A stretch of DNA of 64,000 nt. Source: Eledone cirrhosa (lineage: Eukaryota). Below are positions 33,083 to 46,007 of the stretch, piece after piece; position 1 is the stretch's first letter; every line of letters begins with the position of its first letter. The stretch spans positions 172,918,001 through 172,982,000 of the forward strand of contig OZ024743.1 in assembly GCA_964016885.1 (NCBI GenBank). Reading direction: 5' to 3'. The translations under genes were made by a program, and so were the position numbers. Below the pieces are notes generated by a model. That model was not told the DNA's origin, did no database searches, and was given only the letters and a program-made list of their open reading frames with translations.

Positions 33083-33137
33083 ACTGCTATATATATTTCA
33101 GTGACAGCCATCTTTGGCTGTGACCTCTTCAGGCAGT
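33083..33137 (-). ncRNA. Type I hammerhead ribozyme (element ~33033-33255 or longer)
   Basis: Minus strand reads ACTGC-CTGAAGA-GGTCACAGCCA(AAGA)TGGCTGTCACT-GAAA-TATATA-TA-GCAGT. Confidence 0.85.
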
Positions 33138-33580
33138 TTGAATTAGTATGGTATAGACAAGTACATATGTTGTTTAGGTGTATAATATTGTCAATACTCT
33201 GATATGCCCAGTTCCTTGTTGGGTTGTTATTTCACTGAGTAACTGGAGTCATATATATATATGTATATACAACCAACATAAACTCAAAATATATATGTAT
33301 ATATATGTATATATTTATATGTATATACACAGTTCAAGAGTAACCAATCTTAAAGAGAGAGATGGAGATAGTAGATGAGAGGAGAGATTGTCGAGTTAGT
33401 TAGAAGCCAAAGCGTAAAGGCATGTGCTCAATGTGCAATATGCAGTAGAAAGCAGCTAGGTGGCTGGGTTCATGCAGAAGTTAGGTGCGCAGAGCTGGAA
33501 ATAACACCACAAACTTCACCAGGAAGACATTATTAAAAGATTGTCAACATATTTTAGTTTGATGTAAGGAATGTAGAGAA

Positions 33581-36500
33581 TCATCATCATCACCGTTTTA
33601 CGTCCGTTCTTCCACGCTAGCATGGGTTAGACGGGTTGTCCTGTTGTGTGCAGTGTCTGGTCGGCTGACCATGCCTTGCTCATACAGGAACTGATCTGGC
33701 TTGATTTCTACAGCTGGATGCCCTTCCTAACACCAACCTCATTTACAGTGAGTGCTGGGTGCTTTTTCGTGGTGCCTACACGTCCACTTTACAGTGTGGG
33801 CTGGGTGCTTTTTTGCCGTGGCACCTCCACGAACACCTTGCGGTGGGAGGCATATTGTTTATATGCTTCAGCATGTACCCATGGGAGGTCGGGTACTCTG
33901 TATTACTGCGTGAAGCCAGAAGTCACGGTCGTGTGTCATTGTCTTTGAGAGGTGTAATTGGGTAAGGTCGGCTTTTATCACCTCATCCCAGGTCATCTTG
34001 GGTCTCCCCACTCCGCGGTTTCCATCAACTTCTAGTGCTCTGCACCTTTTTATGCAGCTGTCATCCTTCATACGCATCACATGTCCATACCAGCGCAACC
34101 GCCTCTCCTGCACACAGCATTTGATTCCTCTTATGCTCAGTCTCTCTCACAATTCATTTATGCTTTGTCGTTCACGTATATTACTGTTAGACATCCATCG
34201 GAGCATGCAGGCTTCGTTTCTCTCTAATCTACGTAAGTCTTCCACCTTCAGCGCCCAGGTCTCACTACCATGCAACATCGCTGTTCGGATACACGCATCA
34301 TACAGTCTGCCTTTCATTCTGAGGGAGAAGCCTTTTGTAGTAGTTCCCTAAACTTCTTCCATCCCGTTCTTACCCTAGTTATTGTACTTTCTGAACACCC
34401 ACCTCCGTTGCTAATTCGGTCACCTAGGTAGCAGAAGCTGTCTACTGTTTCTACAGGGCCCTCCCAGAGATTGGTGGTACTTGTTTCCTGTGGCTGTTTG
34501 CTGCTTGCTGTTTCAGCACAGCTGCTGCATGTGAATCCTACATTCTTAATTAAGCTTCCTGAGATCCCGCTACATCTCTTGTGTACCCATTGTTTGCATT
34601 TGGGGCAGAGAATGGAGTTCCTACCTACACCTTTCCTACATACTGAGCAAGGCCATTTCCCTGAGGGGATCTGGGTTCTGTTTTCTCGTCTACTTACAAG
34701 GACCTTAGTCTTTGTCATGTTGACTTTGAGACCCTTTCTCTCTAGTCCCTGCTTCCAGGTTTGAAATTTATTCTCTAGTTCTATCATAGATTCAGCTATG
34801 AGTGCGAGGTCATCAGCATACAGGAGTTCTCATGGGCATCCGGTCTTAAATTCCTCCGTTATTGCCTGCATGAACAGGAGAGGGCTAAGAACAGAGCCCT
34901 GGTGGACCCCAACCTGTACGCTAAATTCCTCGCTATACTCATTGCTAATCCTAACTTTGCTGACTGCTCCCCTATACATGGCTTGTACCGCTTTCACAAG
35001 CCATTCATCTACTCCTAGTTTTCTAAGAGCCCACCAGATTACAGCACGTGGAACTCTGTCAAAAGCTTTCTCAAGGTCGACAAATACCAAGTAGACTGGC
35101 TTACTTTTAGCTAGGTACTTTTCCTGTAATTGCCTCACAAGGAAGAGGGCATCAGTGGTGCCTCTTCCTGGTACAAACCCAAATTGCATCTCGTCTATTT
35201 TCACCCGGTCCCTAATCAGCTGTGCTATAACTCTTTCTGTTACTTTCATGACCTGGTCCATCAACTTTATACCTCTATAGTTTCCTCTATCTAGTGCATC
35301 GCCTTTACCTTTGTAGCAGTTGACAATGATGCTACTGCACCAATCTTTTGGTATGGCCCCTTCTAGTATTACCTGGTTAACGATACGTGTGGTTATAGTG
35401 TGACCTACAGACCCAGATGCCTTCAGCATCTCGGCAGCTATACCCGATGGACCGGTTGCCTTCCCCATCTTCATATCTCTGATTGCCTTACTTACTACGC
35501 TGCCGCTGACTTGTACTGCTGGTCCCTCTATAGGGTCTACTTGGGGTAGGGTCTCTTCTTCCCATGCATTCTCCTCATTTAGTAATCTATCATAATGACT
35601 CTTCCATGCATCTTTCTTCTCAGCACTTGTGAGGGCAAGCTCACCTTTATCATTCCGGATACACTTCTCTCCAATGACATCACAACTATCTCTGACACAC
35701 TGCCTCACAATCTTGAATACCTCCTGTTTCTGGTCCTCACGTTGTAAAACATGCTTGAATTTTCTATCCTCTGCTTCCCTCCTAGCTAAGTATACTTGTC
35801 GCCTAGCTTCCCTCTTGGTCTCTATGTAATGTACCCTGCTCCCCCCGTTCTTCCATTCTTTCCATGCCTGTCTCTTGGCCTTGACTGCTTCATCTACCTT
35901 ATTGTTCCACCACCAAGTCACTCTCCTCCTGCTTGAGGTCTTACTCCAGCCACAGACCTCGTCCGTCGCCTCCAGTAAATTATTTTTTAGGAGCTCCCAG
36001 TTCTCTTCTACATTAAATGTCTCTATCTGTTCTTCTTTACTGTTGTAGGCGTTGAGTAAAATATCTTTAAATCTGTTACTGGTTGAGGGGACTTTCAGCT
36101 TCCAGATCTTTCTTCTCCAGGTTGGCCTCTGTTTCAGGGCTCCTCTAGTTCTGAACGTGAGGTCGCTGACAACTAAGCTATGTTGGGATGTACATTCCTC
36201 ACTAGGGAAGGCTTTTGTGTTTACGACCGTCCATCTGTCACGTCTTCTGATGAGGATAAAATCTAACTGACTAGAGTGCTCCCCTGATCTATATGTGATC
36301 AGGTGGTTGTCGGGTTTTTTAAAGTTTGTGTTACATATCGACATGTCATTGGCGTCACAGAATTCTAGAAGTCTGAATCCTTCCTCATTCCTTGTGCCAA
36401 CTCCATGGCCTCCATGTACTCTATTGAAGCCGTCGCAGTGTTTACCTACGTGTCCGTTAAAATCTCCTGCGATGATTAGGAAGTCCTTGTCGTCTGTTAG

Positions 36501-36724
36501 AGTAGTAGTGTGTATTAGGGACTCGTAAAACCTATCCTTAAGTTCGTCTGGCAGCCCCGATTGGGGTGCGTAAGCTGATATTATTGTGGTAATTGTCTTA
36601 TTCAGGACTAGTCTGAGTTTAATGATTCTTGCATTTGCCCTGTACACTGAGATTACTTTATCTACCCACTTGTCAGCTAATAGTATACCTACACCACCCA
36701 TCCCATCGTCATTTCCCACCCAGA
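33581..36724 (-). mobile_element. RTE LINE, 5'-truncated, second subfamily (APE C-terminus, RT, 3' UTR, GAT tail)
   Basis: 629-aa ORF 34830..36719 plus frameshifted downstream ORFs. YADD motif near 34810 and (CAT)n at 33581. Confidence 0.95.
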
Positions 36725-36737
36725 ATAATAATAATAA

Positions 36738-37836
36738 TGAATGGCTTGTGAGTTATATACAAGCCATGTATAAAGAAACAATCAGCAAGGTTAGAATTAT
36801 CAACAAATATAGTGAAGAATTTAGCGTAAAAGTTGGTGTTCATCAGGGCTCTGTCCTTAGCCCCCTCCTATTTATTATTGCCCTTCAGGCCATAACAGGA
36901 GTTCAAGACCGGCTGCCCATGGGAACTTCTCTATGCAGATGATCTAACGCTCATAGCTGAATCAATGGCTGAACTAGAGAAGAAATTCCAAACATGGAAG
37001 TTCAGAGAACTTATACCACTATTGGCCGCTAAAGGTTTCTCTATAAAAATGAAAGGCAGACTGTATGATGCCTATATACGAACAGCAATGTTACATGGCA
37101 GTGAGACATGGGCATTGTGTGCAGAGGACCTGCACAGATTGGAGAGGAATGAAGCATGCATGCTCCGTTGGATGTGTAATACTAATATACAAGAACGGCA
37201 AACCATAAATGAACTAAGTGAGAAATTAGGACTAAGAGGGATCAGATGCTGTTTACTCGAGAGAAGACTACGTTGGTATGCTCACGTGATGCACATGAAA
37301 GACGACAGATGTATAAAAAAGTGCAGGGCGATCAAAATTGATGGAAGTTACGGAGTAGGTAGACCCCAAAAAACCTGGGACGATTTGATAAATTCCAACC
37401 TTACACACTTACACCTCTCTAAGACAATGTCACTAGACTGAGATCTTTGGCGCTACGCCTTGCCTATGTACAAAGCGAAACCTACAGTCAGTAGGCACCT
37501 CTTAACCAAATATACACTCCTCCCACCAACACCACCCTTTCTCTGTAAAGTTATATTGGTACCAAAACATCCAGTCCAAAATGAATGAGGTTGTGTAGGT
37601 GTCACGACAAAAAAACACAGTCCACGCTGTAATGTGGCCGTGTAGGTAACACGGTAAAATCCTCCCAGTTCACATTGTAAACGTGGTTGGTATTAGGAAG
37701 GGCATCCAGCCATAGAGAACCTGCCAGACAGTCCTATATGGGCGAGACAAGGTCACCCGACCAATCTTGCTTCAAGTGAGACAATTCCCGTCTAAACCGA
37801 TGTTTGCGTGGAAGATAGATGTTAAACGATGATGAT
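36738..37836 (+). mobile_element. RTE LINE 3' fragment with internal deletion, head-to-head with the previous copy
   Basis: Reads GVHQGSVLSPLLF, YADD, RRLRWYAHV. The Cys-rich segment is missing (FQTWK joins FRELIP). An (AAT)n junction lies at 36724-36738. Confidence 0.92.
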
Positions 37837-37919
37837 ATATGTATATATATATATATATATATATAAAATAAAATGTGTAAGTCAAACATGTTAAAATTGG
37901 CTTCGTTTATTCTAATTCT

Positions 37920-37972
37920 CTGCTATATATATTTCAGTGACAGCCATTATTGGCTGTGACCTCATCAGGCAG
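37920..37972 (-). ncRNA. Type I hammerhead ribozyme, same family as 33083-33137
   Basis: Minus strand reads CTGC-CTGATGA-GGTCACAGCCA(ATAA)TGGCTGTCACT-GAAA-TATATA-TA-GCAG. Flanks 37865-38090 are homologous to 33033-33255. Confidence 0.85.
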
Positions 37973-38559
37973 TAAGAATTGATGTAGAAAAAACAGGTAA
38001 ACATGGTGTTGTAATGTGTTCCACTATTAATTCATCAATATGTCCTGCTCCTGGGTGTGTTGTTAGTCCTCAGAGGAACTGGAATCATATGAGCAAGAAC
38101 AAACAAATTTTAGCCTCAGAGGACACGTTCCCACCTCATTGGTCAGCTACCATACCACTCCCCAACTGAAAGTCTATAGAAATTCTTCAGAAACAGGTCA
38201 GCAACCATGGTAGGCTGCTGTTATGATAGGAAGAATTTATGCCTGTCGGCAAAAAAACTGGGCATTTCCCTTAGTAGGGAAATGTTGCTCGGCACTATTG
38301 TAGAAGGCAGTGTTCGTGGAAGAGCTCGAAGTCCATGGTTTCCATTCCTCCATACATATGTGTGTGTGTATTCTGTTTTCATTATTATTATTTTTAATTT
38401 TCACCAATAGAGACCAGGTTTCTAACAGAAAAGCTGTTTCATTGGAAAACACCAACTAGGTAATTATGTATGTGTGTGCAGGTATGGATGTTTCTTTCAT
38501 ATGTGGGTCGGTTTAAGTTATATGTGCACATAGACATATTTCTATATCTATGCATATGT

Positions 38560-40085
38560 TTTACATATCTTTTATAATAGATTGTAATTTCCTTATTGCA
38601 ATTTCCTTATTAACCATGCTCTTTCTGTGAAGCCCAGTTTCTCAAGATCTGTAATTAGGCAGTTAGTAACATAACCAAGTGACCCCAATGATCACAAGTA
38701 CAAATCTAAAGGCATAGTCAAGGGAAAATATCTGTTCCTCATTAGTTGAGCATAAATATTCTTGTATATTATTAACATCTGCTGGGTAGCTGATTTCCAC
38801 TTACTGCCCATGCCTTTGTTAGGTCCCATATCACTATGTCTAGTCTGTTATGTTTGCATTTTATTGGGGTTTTGACTAGAACATTCCACCAGTATTCTTT
38901 CATATTATGTTTGCACATGCCTTCCAGATCATTGCATTTTTATATTTTTATTTTCAGAACTATCCTTTCTATGGATTGCATTGTATTGTGCTTTGGCCTC
39001 TACACCATACATCACAGATAGATTGAAACAGTTACTTATGATGTGGGTGACCTCCTTTTTGTTTATTCCACAGAATCTGCATCTGTTGTCACATCTTGGT
39101 GCTTTGTCTGTATCTATATCTCTTGTGCATCTGTTATTTTGTTATTTCCTGTTCCTGGATTGCAAGTGGGAGTTAATATACCCATTGTTGGTCCAAGATA
39201 GTCTGCTTTGGTGATTTATATTACTCTCACTTTGAAGCTTTCTGACAACAGCCATGTATGACGTTTTACTGATAAGCTTACATAATTTCATCCACTGATA
39301 AGCTTACATAATTTCATCCACTGATTTGTTGTGATACTGCTGTGTGATTTGCTTGGGTGTGAGTTTTTAGTCATGATTCAGGAAGTATATCCCAAGAACC
39401 TCCTTTCCAACTCTCAAGATGTTATCTGCCTCATGTAGACAGACTTGTTCTATGGATGGGCTTCTACACTTAGTGTGTGGTAGATATTAAGGGCTATGAT
39501 GCGACATTCAAATGCTGTTTAGATCAATGTTAAGCCTCTGCCTTTCTGTTAACATTTTAAGTAGAGGTGTCTATATCACTGCTGATGTGGAAATTTCTGG
39601 TGCTGGTTTCAATCTTTCGGGTTTTAAGGTCAATGGTTCGGATCTCGTTTAGCATTCAGTTAAGTAGTCCAAATGTTGGTAATAGTACAGGTGTAGCAAA
39701 CACATCGTGTATCACTGATTGATTGTTCACAGAGAGTTCCCAAAACCATATTTTTTTTATCTGGGTGTTATATTCCCTGGTTACTTGTTCCTTGTTACAC
39801 ATTCCATTGTAGGATCTGTTTCCATCAATTCCTAAGTATCTGTAGCTAATTATTCCTCATCAGCTATCAGTGAAACAGTCAGATCATTGATAGAGATGGT
39901 GCTAGATTGGCTTGTAGTTTTTCATCGATTTATAATATGGGAACATTTATCTTGGTCAAACTCCACCACTGTATTTTTTGAGTTCAAGGTTTTTCTTCAT
40001 ATCATTTATATTCTTGGCACACATTTTCTGATGATCTACAAAGAAGCTATGTATTAGGTTAGTGTTTCTGGCCTCCTGTGAACCA
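38560..40085 (-). mobile_element. Heavily decayed non-LTR retrotransposon, probably R4/Dong-like (RT C-terminus plus restriction-like endonuclease)
   Basis: Manual minus-strand translation across stops gives HSFFVD, SYRYLG, KGRGL, EVTHIISNC, VEISYP and VIIGSLGYV. Confidence 0.55.
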
Positions 40086-40087
40086 AT

Positions 40088-40490
40088 TATCATCCTAGTT
40101 TAACGTCCATTTTCCATGCTAGCATTGGTTAGGCGGGTTGTCCCGTTTGAGGCAAGTTGGGTCAGGTGACTGTCTCGTTCACTCAGTGTCTTGTTCACTC
40201 AGAACTGTTTCTGGCTTGGTTTTTACAATGTGTGCTGGGTGCTTTTTGTGGTGACTCCTACACAACCACTTTACAGTATGGGCTGGATGCTTTTTGTTGA
40301 CACCTACACAACCACTTTATGGTGTGGGCTGGATGCTTTTTGTTATGATACCAACACGACAACCTTTACAGTATCAGGGTGGTGGGTGTTTGGGTGTGGG
40401 AGGTGTATGGAAGGGGGTTATAGTGATTAAGATGTGTATGTTTCAGCCCATGTGCATGGGTAGGTGGGTCTTCTGTATTACTACATAACA
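40088..40490 (-). mobile_element. RTE-type 3' UTR fragment
   Basis: TTTAACGTCCATTTTCCATGCTAGCATTGGTTAGGCGG and CCACTTTACAG subrepeats match other RTE 3' UTRs. Similar fragments lie at about 52560-52870 and 53230-53440. Confidence 0.7.
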
Positions 40491-40852
40491 CCAGGACAAG
40501 GGGTTTACTTACAGTATAGGGTCACAGGGAGACTGACTCCTAGAAATATACCTCTGCAACACTATTTTATCAGGGACAATATAGTCCTCTGTATTTAACT
40601 GTAGGATAGTGGCCTTGGACAAAGATAGGTTTTCTATGGTTGGAACAATCTGGGACTTCAGCAAATCAAACGGTTTCCAGCATCAAAAAGTAGGGCACAG
40701 AATCAACTGCTTTTGTATAATTTAATCAGACGATGCTGAGATGATGTAACCAAGTTCCTCCTATGTTCTCGCACCTCTGATATTCTTGTTAACCTTTAGC
40801 GCGCTAGTAATTTTTATGAATTGTTTCCCTTGACACAGCATTATTTTTGATT

Positions 40853-41033
40853 GGCAGTATCGGTAGAGAGTCGGACACCATGCTTTGAAGCATAGAGTTA
40901 CGTCCCTTTACGATCTGAGTTCAAATCCCGCCAAGGTTAACTTTGCCTTTCATTCTTACGGGATCGATAAAATAAAGTACCAGTAATACACTGAGTAATT
41001 GCTGGCCTTGTGCCAAAAAGTAGAAACAATTAT
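40853..41033 (+). mobile_element. tRNA-derived CORE-type SINE
   Basis: B-box GAGTTCAAATCCC, then CTTTGCCTTTCATTC...TCGATAAAATAAAGTACCAG. Homologous to 49955-50169. Confidence 0.75.
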
Positions 41034-41199
41034 TTTTGAAGTAACAAAAAATGTAAGTATCCTCTGAATAGGCTTTATTTTTTTTCTACGCTAATTTGAC
41101 GTAATGCATTGTATCTTTTAAATGTTCTGCCCATATCTTTTAACATTGAAAAACAAACAAAAATACATAAAAACAAAAAAAAACGCGAATGTGTGACTT

Positions 41200-42640
41200 A
41201 CATTTATTATTGCGTGTGGAGTTCCGGAGTGCAGTCTACCTCTGGTTTGGTGGCACTTCTTGCGGTTGGAACATACAACACAGTCTGGGCGAGAAGGCCT
41301 TCCAGAATTCAGGCGCTTTGGGTTGATGATGAGCTAGTGTTCTGTCAATGCCATCCTTTCTGGGGGATTTCCTGACCTCCTCCCTCTCCTGTGAGATACA
41401 TCTGACAAGTAACCTTCCAGTAGAGAATGCACAATTTTCAGCAACGATCTAGCGGGTTGATTTGGCTTTCCAAATGACCAGGGCATTGCGGGAACATACT
41501 TCGAAAAGGTAGAAGAAAACTTTCTTCCTCCACTTGGTACTTATGTAATAGGTCATCTGCTTGACCACTCTGTAAACTCTTCCCATGTACTGGTTTGTGC
41601 ACAATTCGGATATGGCCCTCATGTCATTTTGAATGAACAGATTTTTGGACGGTCTCAGCAGAGTTGGGAGTTGTTAACAGGTTCACTTGCTTTCTATCAC
41701 ACCATGAAATGTATAAAATGTGGCCATCTCTCTGTGTGATGAGAATATCAACTGCTCGGAGTTTTGCCTTGATTTCACTAGGCACATCCTAGCAATTTAC
41801 ATGTAGTGTACCACACACTCCTGTTCCGTGTTCGGCTACAGTGTAGAACAGTCCAGGTGATGGGAAGAAAAATTATCCATGTAGACTACATGCCCCTTAT
41901 TATATATTTTTTTCCGAGAGGGAGGTTATCACTTGATGTGCAACTCAAACTATCCTTGGTATCTGGTTTGTTTCTTGGCCCAAGTATAGCTGCCAGTTAT
42001 ACATGTACCTGTTTTTTGTATCAGTCAGACCCCACTTGGTTGGTTTTGCTGGCATGTACATCAGCAGGTTTTTCCTCCCTTTGAAAGGAATCATGCTTTC
42101 ATCCACCGAAAGCTCCTTTTCAGGATAAAAATAATTTTGCCAAAGTGGCACTTTTTTTTCAAACAGTTTTATAAGCTCTATCATGCTCATAGTGATTTCT
42201 TGGTTTCACTGTTGTGTTGTCTGAAATATGCAAAAAGGATAGAACTTTAAGGAATCTATTCCTTGCCATGATGTTACTGAAGCCAACCATCTCAATAAGG
42301 TGGTTCAATGCAAATCGAATGATGAGCATTCGCTTATCCCAATCAAAAGAATAATTGCAAAAGCGTTCATCTCCTCGAAAGTAGCCTCTCTTCACGTTTT
42401 GATATACAAATGAGTACCAGCATGTGTACTTCTCATTTCTTTCACCTGGCTGGCATATTTATTTGTTTCATTAACAAGTAATAAGATTATTTCAATTATA
42501 AATAAACAGATGAAAGAGTTGGCCTTCGGAAATGTCATCAGGTACTACTTTAAGGCCAGTACTCTCAGAAAAATCCATCAGCCAAGGATGATCATATCCA
42601 TTAGGTATATTGTTTTCTAGAGCATCATTGTTGTCACTTC
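41200..42640 (-). mobile_element. Decayed piggyBac transposase (PGBD4-like)
   Basis: Reads IMARNRFLKVLSFLHISDN and LSVDESMIPFKGR...YMPAKPTKWG, with a C-terminal Cys-rich RPDCVVCS. Confidence 0.85.
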
Positions 42641-44080
42641 AGACAAAAGGAAGGAATTCTGCATCATCTCTCAAGACACCTACGACAACTTGGCATATGA
42701 ACACCTCAGCGACAATGGGACATATACATAAGTAAATACGGCACAGATTGAAAACCTTTTAAACACCACATGGACTGAAACAGCAGTCTGCTCTCATTGA
42801 AAACCTCATCAACAGCACATGTACAAGAAACAGTAGTCTGCTCACATTGAAAACCTCATTATTAAAACTCGTAGTAATATTAGATTACAGATAAGGCCCA
42901 TCATCTCCAACATAGAAGGACTCCTATACAACATTTCCAGGTTCCTCTCCCAAATTCTAAAACCTTTAATTTCAACCTTTCTTGGGCATGTCAGCAACTT
43001 TGATGAAGTTATTAATAGACTCCATCAAGTCCAACCCACCCAACTCAGACTAAACAGATACACATTTATCCATGACGTTATCTCCCTCTACACCACAGTA
43101 CCCAGCAGTCAACCTCATAATTTCTTTTGACATATAATGCTTTGGCCTCAGTCATACAGATATACACCAACTACTTATGGTCACAATTGAGAATACCTAT
43201 TTCACTTTCCACCAACATACATACAGACAGAAAACAGGCTTACCCATGAGATCCAGCCTCTTGGGCCTCCTCGCTATCACATACATGAGCCAGCTAGAAT
43301 GTTGAGTGCTCAACATCTGAGTGCTCAACATCTGCTGCTTCTGTGCCTTCTTCACTCGATATGTGGATGATATACTCATCAACCCATGAGGAAGCCAACA
43401 GGATATACACCACATTTTCTAGCATGGACAACAAGATAAGATCCAGCATAGAACACCCCAATAGCACTGAATCCCTATCTCTGCTCAACTTTCAGAAGAG
43501 GACTGAGACATTCTACACATTTCATGGAAGTGCTGAGGAACAATTGTTACCAACCTTCCACCTTGAACCATCTTAGGAACATGAAATCCTACAAACACAA
43601 GATGACCTCCACGAACACCTGCTTCCTGAAGCTACCACACTTCAGTGAAGGTATAACCACCGTAATTCGCAGAGCCATCCATAGAGAAGGGGTAGATATA
43701 CAATTGGCACACTCCAGTCCTTCATTATGCACACAACTAACCAAGAGACCCCCAACAGCAGATGCACGCTGGCCAGCTGCCCTATCCATGACACAGTATA
43801 TGCTAACCGGCATATGTGGTATACCACATTCAATGATAAATGTAGGGACTTTTACATTGGTAGCACTATCAGACTACTACATATCCAGATTAAGGAACAC
43901 TTACATACACACGCTTCATCTTTCAAGAAACATTTAGACAAATATAAAAATAACAAGATAACTGTTACGATTGAGGCTTGAGATCGAAAGTTAGGAAATC
44001 TTAGAATTAAGGAAGCAATCATCATTAACAAACTCACACCACACATCAACAGCAGATCAGAACTTACCACATAATTCCTA
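42640..44080 (+). mobile_element. Decayed Penelope-like element (RT plus GIY-YIG)
   Basis: Reads IRPIISNI, YFTFHQHTYRQKTGLPM, FFTRYVDDI, FLKLPHFSE, CRDFYIGSTIRLLHIQIKEHL and EAIIINKLTPHINSR. Confidence 0.85.
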
Positions 44081-45059
44081 ATTTAACCAACCCCCACACA
44101 TCACCAACTAATCAGACCTCAGCATACAACACATAAACAAAACACTAAGCACACAGCACACTAACGACAAGCTGCAGTCCGACACAATACACCCATTACA
44201 TAACAATACCGATTGTACAATAATAACACATTTATGTATGTTTGGCACAGTGCCTATCAGAACTTATATCAACACAAACAAAACACTAAACATACAACAC
44301 ATTAAAACATGAAAACGCATGGCACACCAACGGAAAGTTGCACCCCGGGACAAGACACCTGCTTGTCTATTTGAACCTAACGCACAACACTACCTCCGGC
44401 TAATAACAGTGTATGACATACACGTATGTCTGCATGTGTACATACATCATTCCTTTACTTGTATAGAGGTGCGTTTATGTGTACATGTATGTATGCAAGA
44501 GCTATAACACACACACACACAAAATACCCATTGCACAACAATGCAATACCCATTGTACAATTATACCTGCATCCTTTGTGCCAGACATTAAATAATAACA
44601 ATAAATAAATATATAAAATAAAATAAGTAGTTAAATACAATATTAAATTTAAAAAAAAAGGGAAAAACGTACCCATACACGTACACACAAATATGTTGAC
44701 ACTTCTCACGCCTCCTACTACCACTTTCGGCTAGTAATGGCACGAGCAGAAAGAAAAGATGACACATACAAGCTAAAACGTTTTCTCTATTTTCCAAGGT
44801 TTTTGACTTCTGATGATGAGATTTTATCTCAAAAATTAAGGTTGTGTTTTAATAAAGAACAAGTAACACAGAGCAGCTTTGTTGCCTTCTTTTATCTTAA
44901 ATTGTACCACACCTTTCTCATTGTCGCAGCTTTTGTATTACATACCTTCTTATACTTCTTATACACAGTGCTTCAAGCTACAACAAATATGTATACACAA
45001 ATACTTACATTTTATACTTACTTGTAAGATGAGATAAATGGACTGTAATAAACACTAAT

Positions 45060-45886
45060 GGTTAGAGCCATTAAAGCCAAGAGACAGGCATAGAAGGACT
45101 GAAAAAATATAGCTAGCAGAGACTGGTATCAAGTAGCTAAGAGAGAAGCTAGACAACAGTTATACACAGTTCTGAGAGAGGCTGAAAAAAGAAAGTTTGC
45201 CAACTTCTTGAGACATGAGGATCAGAGACATGAAATGTTCTGTATTGCAAGGCAGTGTGTCAGTGTAAATCATGATGTTATTGGGGAAAAGTGTGTTAGA
45301 AATGACTCCATTATTGGTGCTCAAAAGAATGGAAATGTTACTATGAGAGGCTGATGAATGTAGAGAATGAATGGGAGGAAGGGAAATTACATCAACTTGT
45401 CCAACAGAAGGACCAGCTGTTGAAGTTGAGAGTCATAGGGTCAAAGAGATGAAGAATAGTAAAACTGCGAGACCGTCAGATAGTTGCTGAGATGCTATTA
45501 ACCAGCATAGTTAATCAGATAATGTAGGACAGTCATATTCAATGACTGGTGCAGCAGGCAGTACAATCATAAATTGCTACAAGGGCAAGGGTGATGCTCA
45601 AGTAGCAACTATAGAGGATTAAAACTAATGGGCCAAATTAGGAAAGGGATGGAAAGAGTCAAATTAGATGAGATGCAGTTTGGTTTCATGCCTGGGAAAA
45701 GTACTACAGATGCCCTCTTTCTAGTGAGGCAGCTGCAAGAGAAATTCCTAGCCAAAAATAAGCCGCTATACTTATCTTTTGTTGATCTAGAAAAGGCCCT
45801 TGACAGTATCTCAATCTATTATCTGGTGGTCCTTATGGAAATTAGGTGTAGAAGAATGGCTTGTGAGAGCAGTGCAAGCCATATGC
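45060..45886 (+). mobile_element. Old RTE LINE internal fragment
   Basis: Reads LDEMQFGFMPGKSTTDALFLVRQLQEKF...FVDLEKA. Homologous to 54700-55745. Confidence 0.85.
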
Positions 45887-46007
45887 AGACGTATCCAGTC
45901 ATTTGAGCGAAGTTAAAATTATGTGCATTTTGAGCGGTATCAGTTTATATATATGCATTAATTTCAACTTTTCTTATTAATAACTGCTTTGTTTCTTTCC
46001 AGGGACT

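Noticed and set aside
41035-41060. TTTGAAGTAACAAAAAAT|GTAAGT as RBX1 exon 1 end
   Set aside because: It translates FEVTKN rather than RFEVKK, and the upstream sequence is a SINE tail.
44805-44850. Possible hammerhead CTGATGA-TGAGA(TTTTA)TCTCA-AAAA downstream of the second Penelope
   Set aside because: GAAA is replaced by AAAA and there is no convincing stem I or III. At best it is a decayed relic.
40789-45064. One large piggyBac bounded by TTAACCTTTAGCGC and CACTAATGGTTA with nested SINE and Penelope
   Set aside because: The terminal match is too weak and the right end overlaps an RTE fragment.
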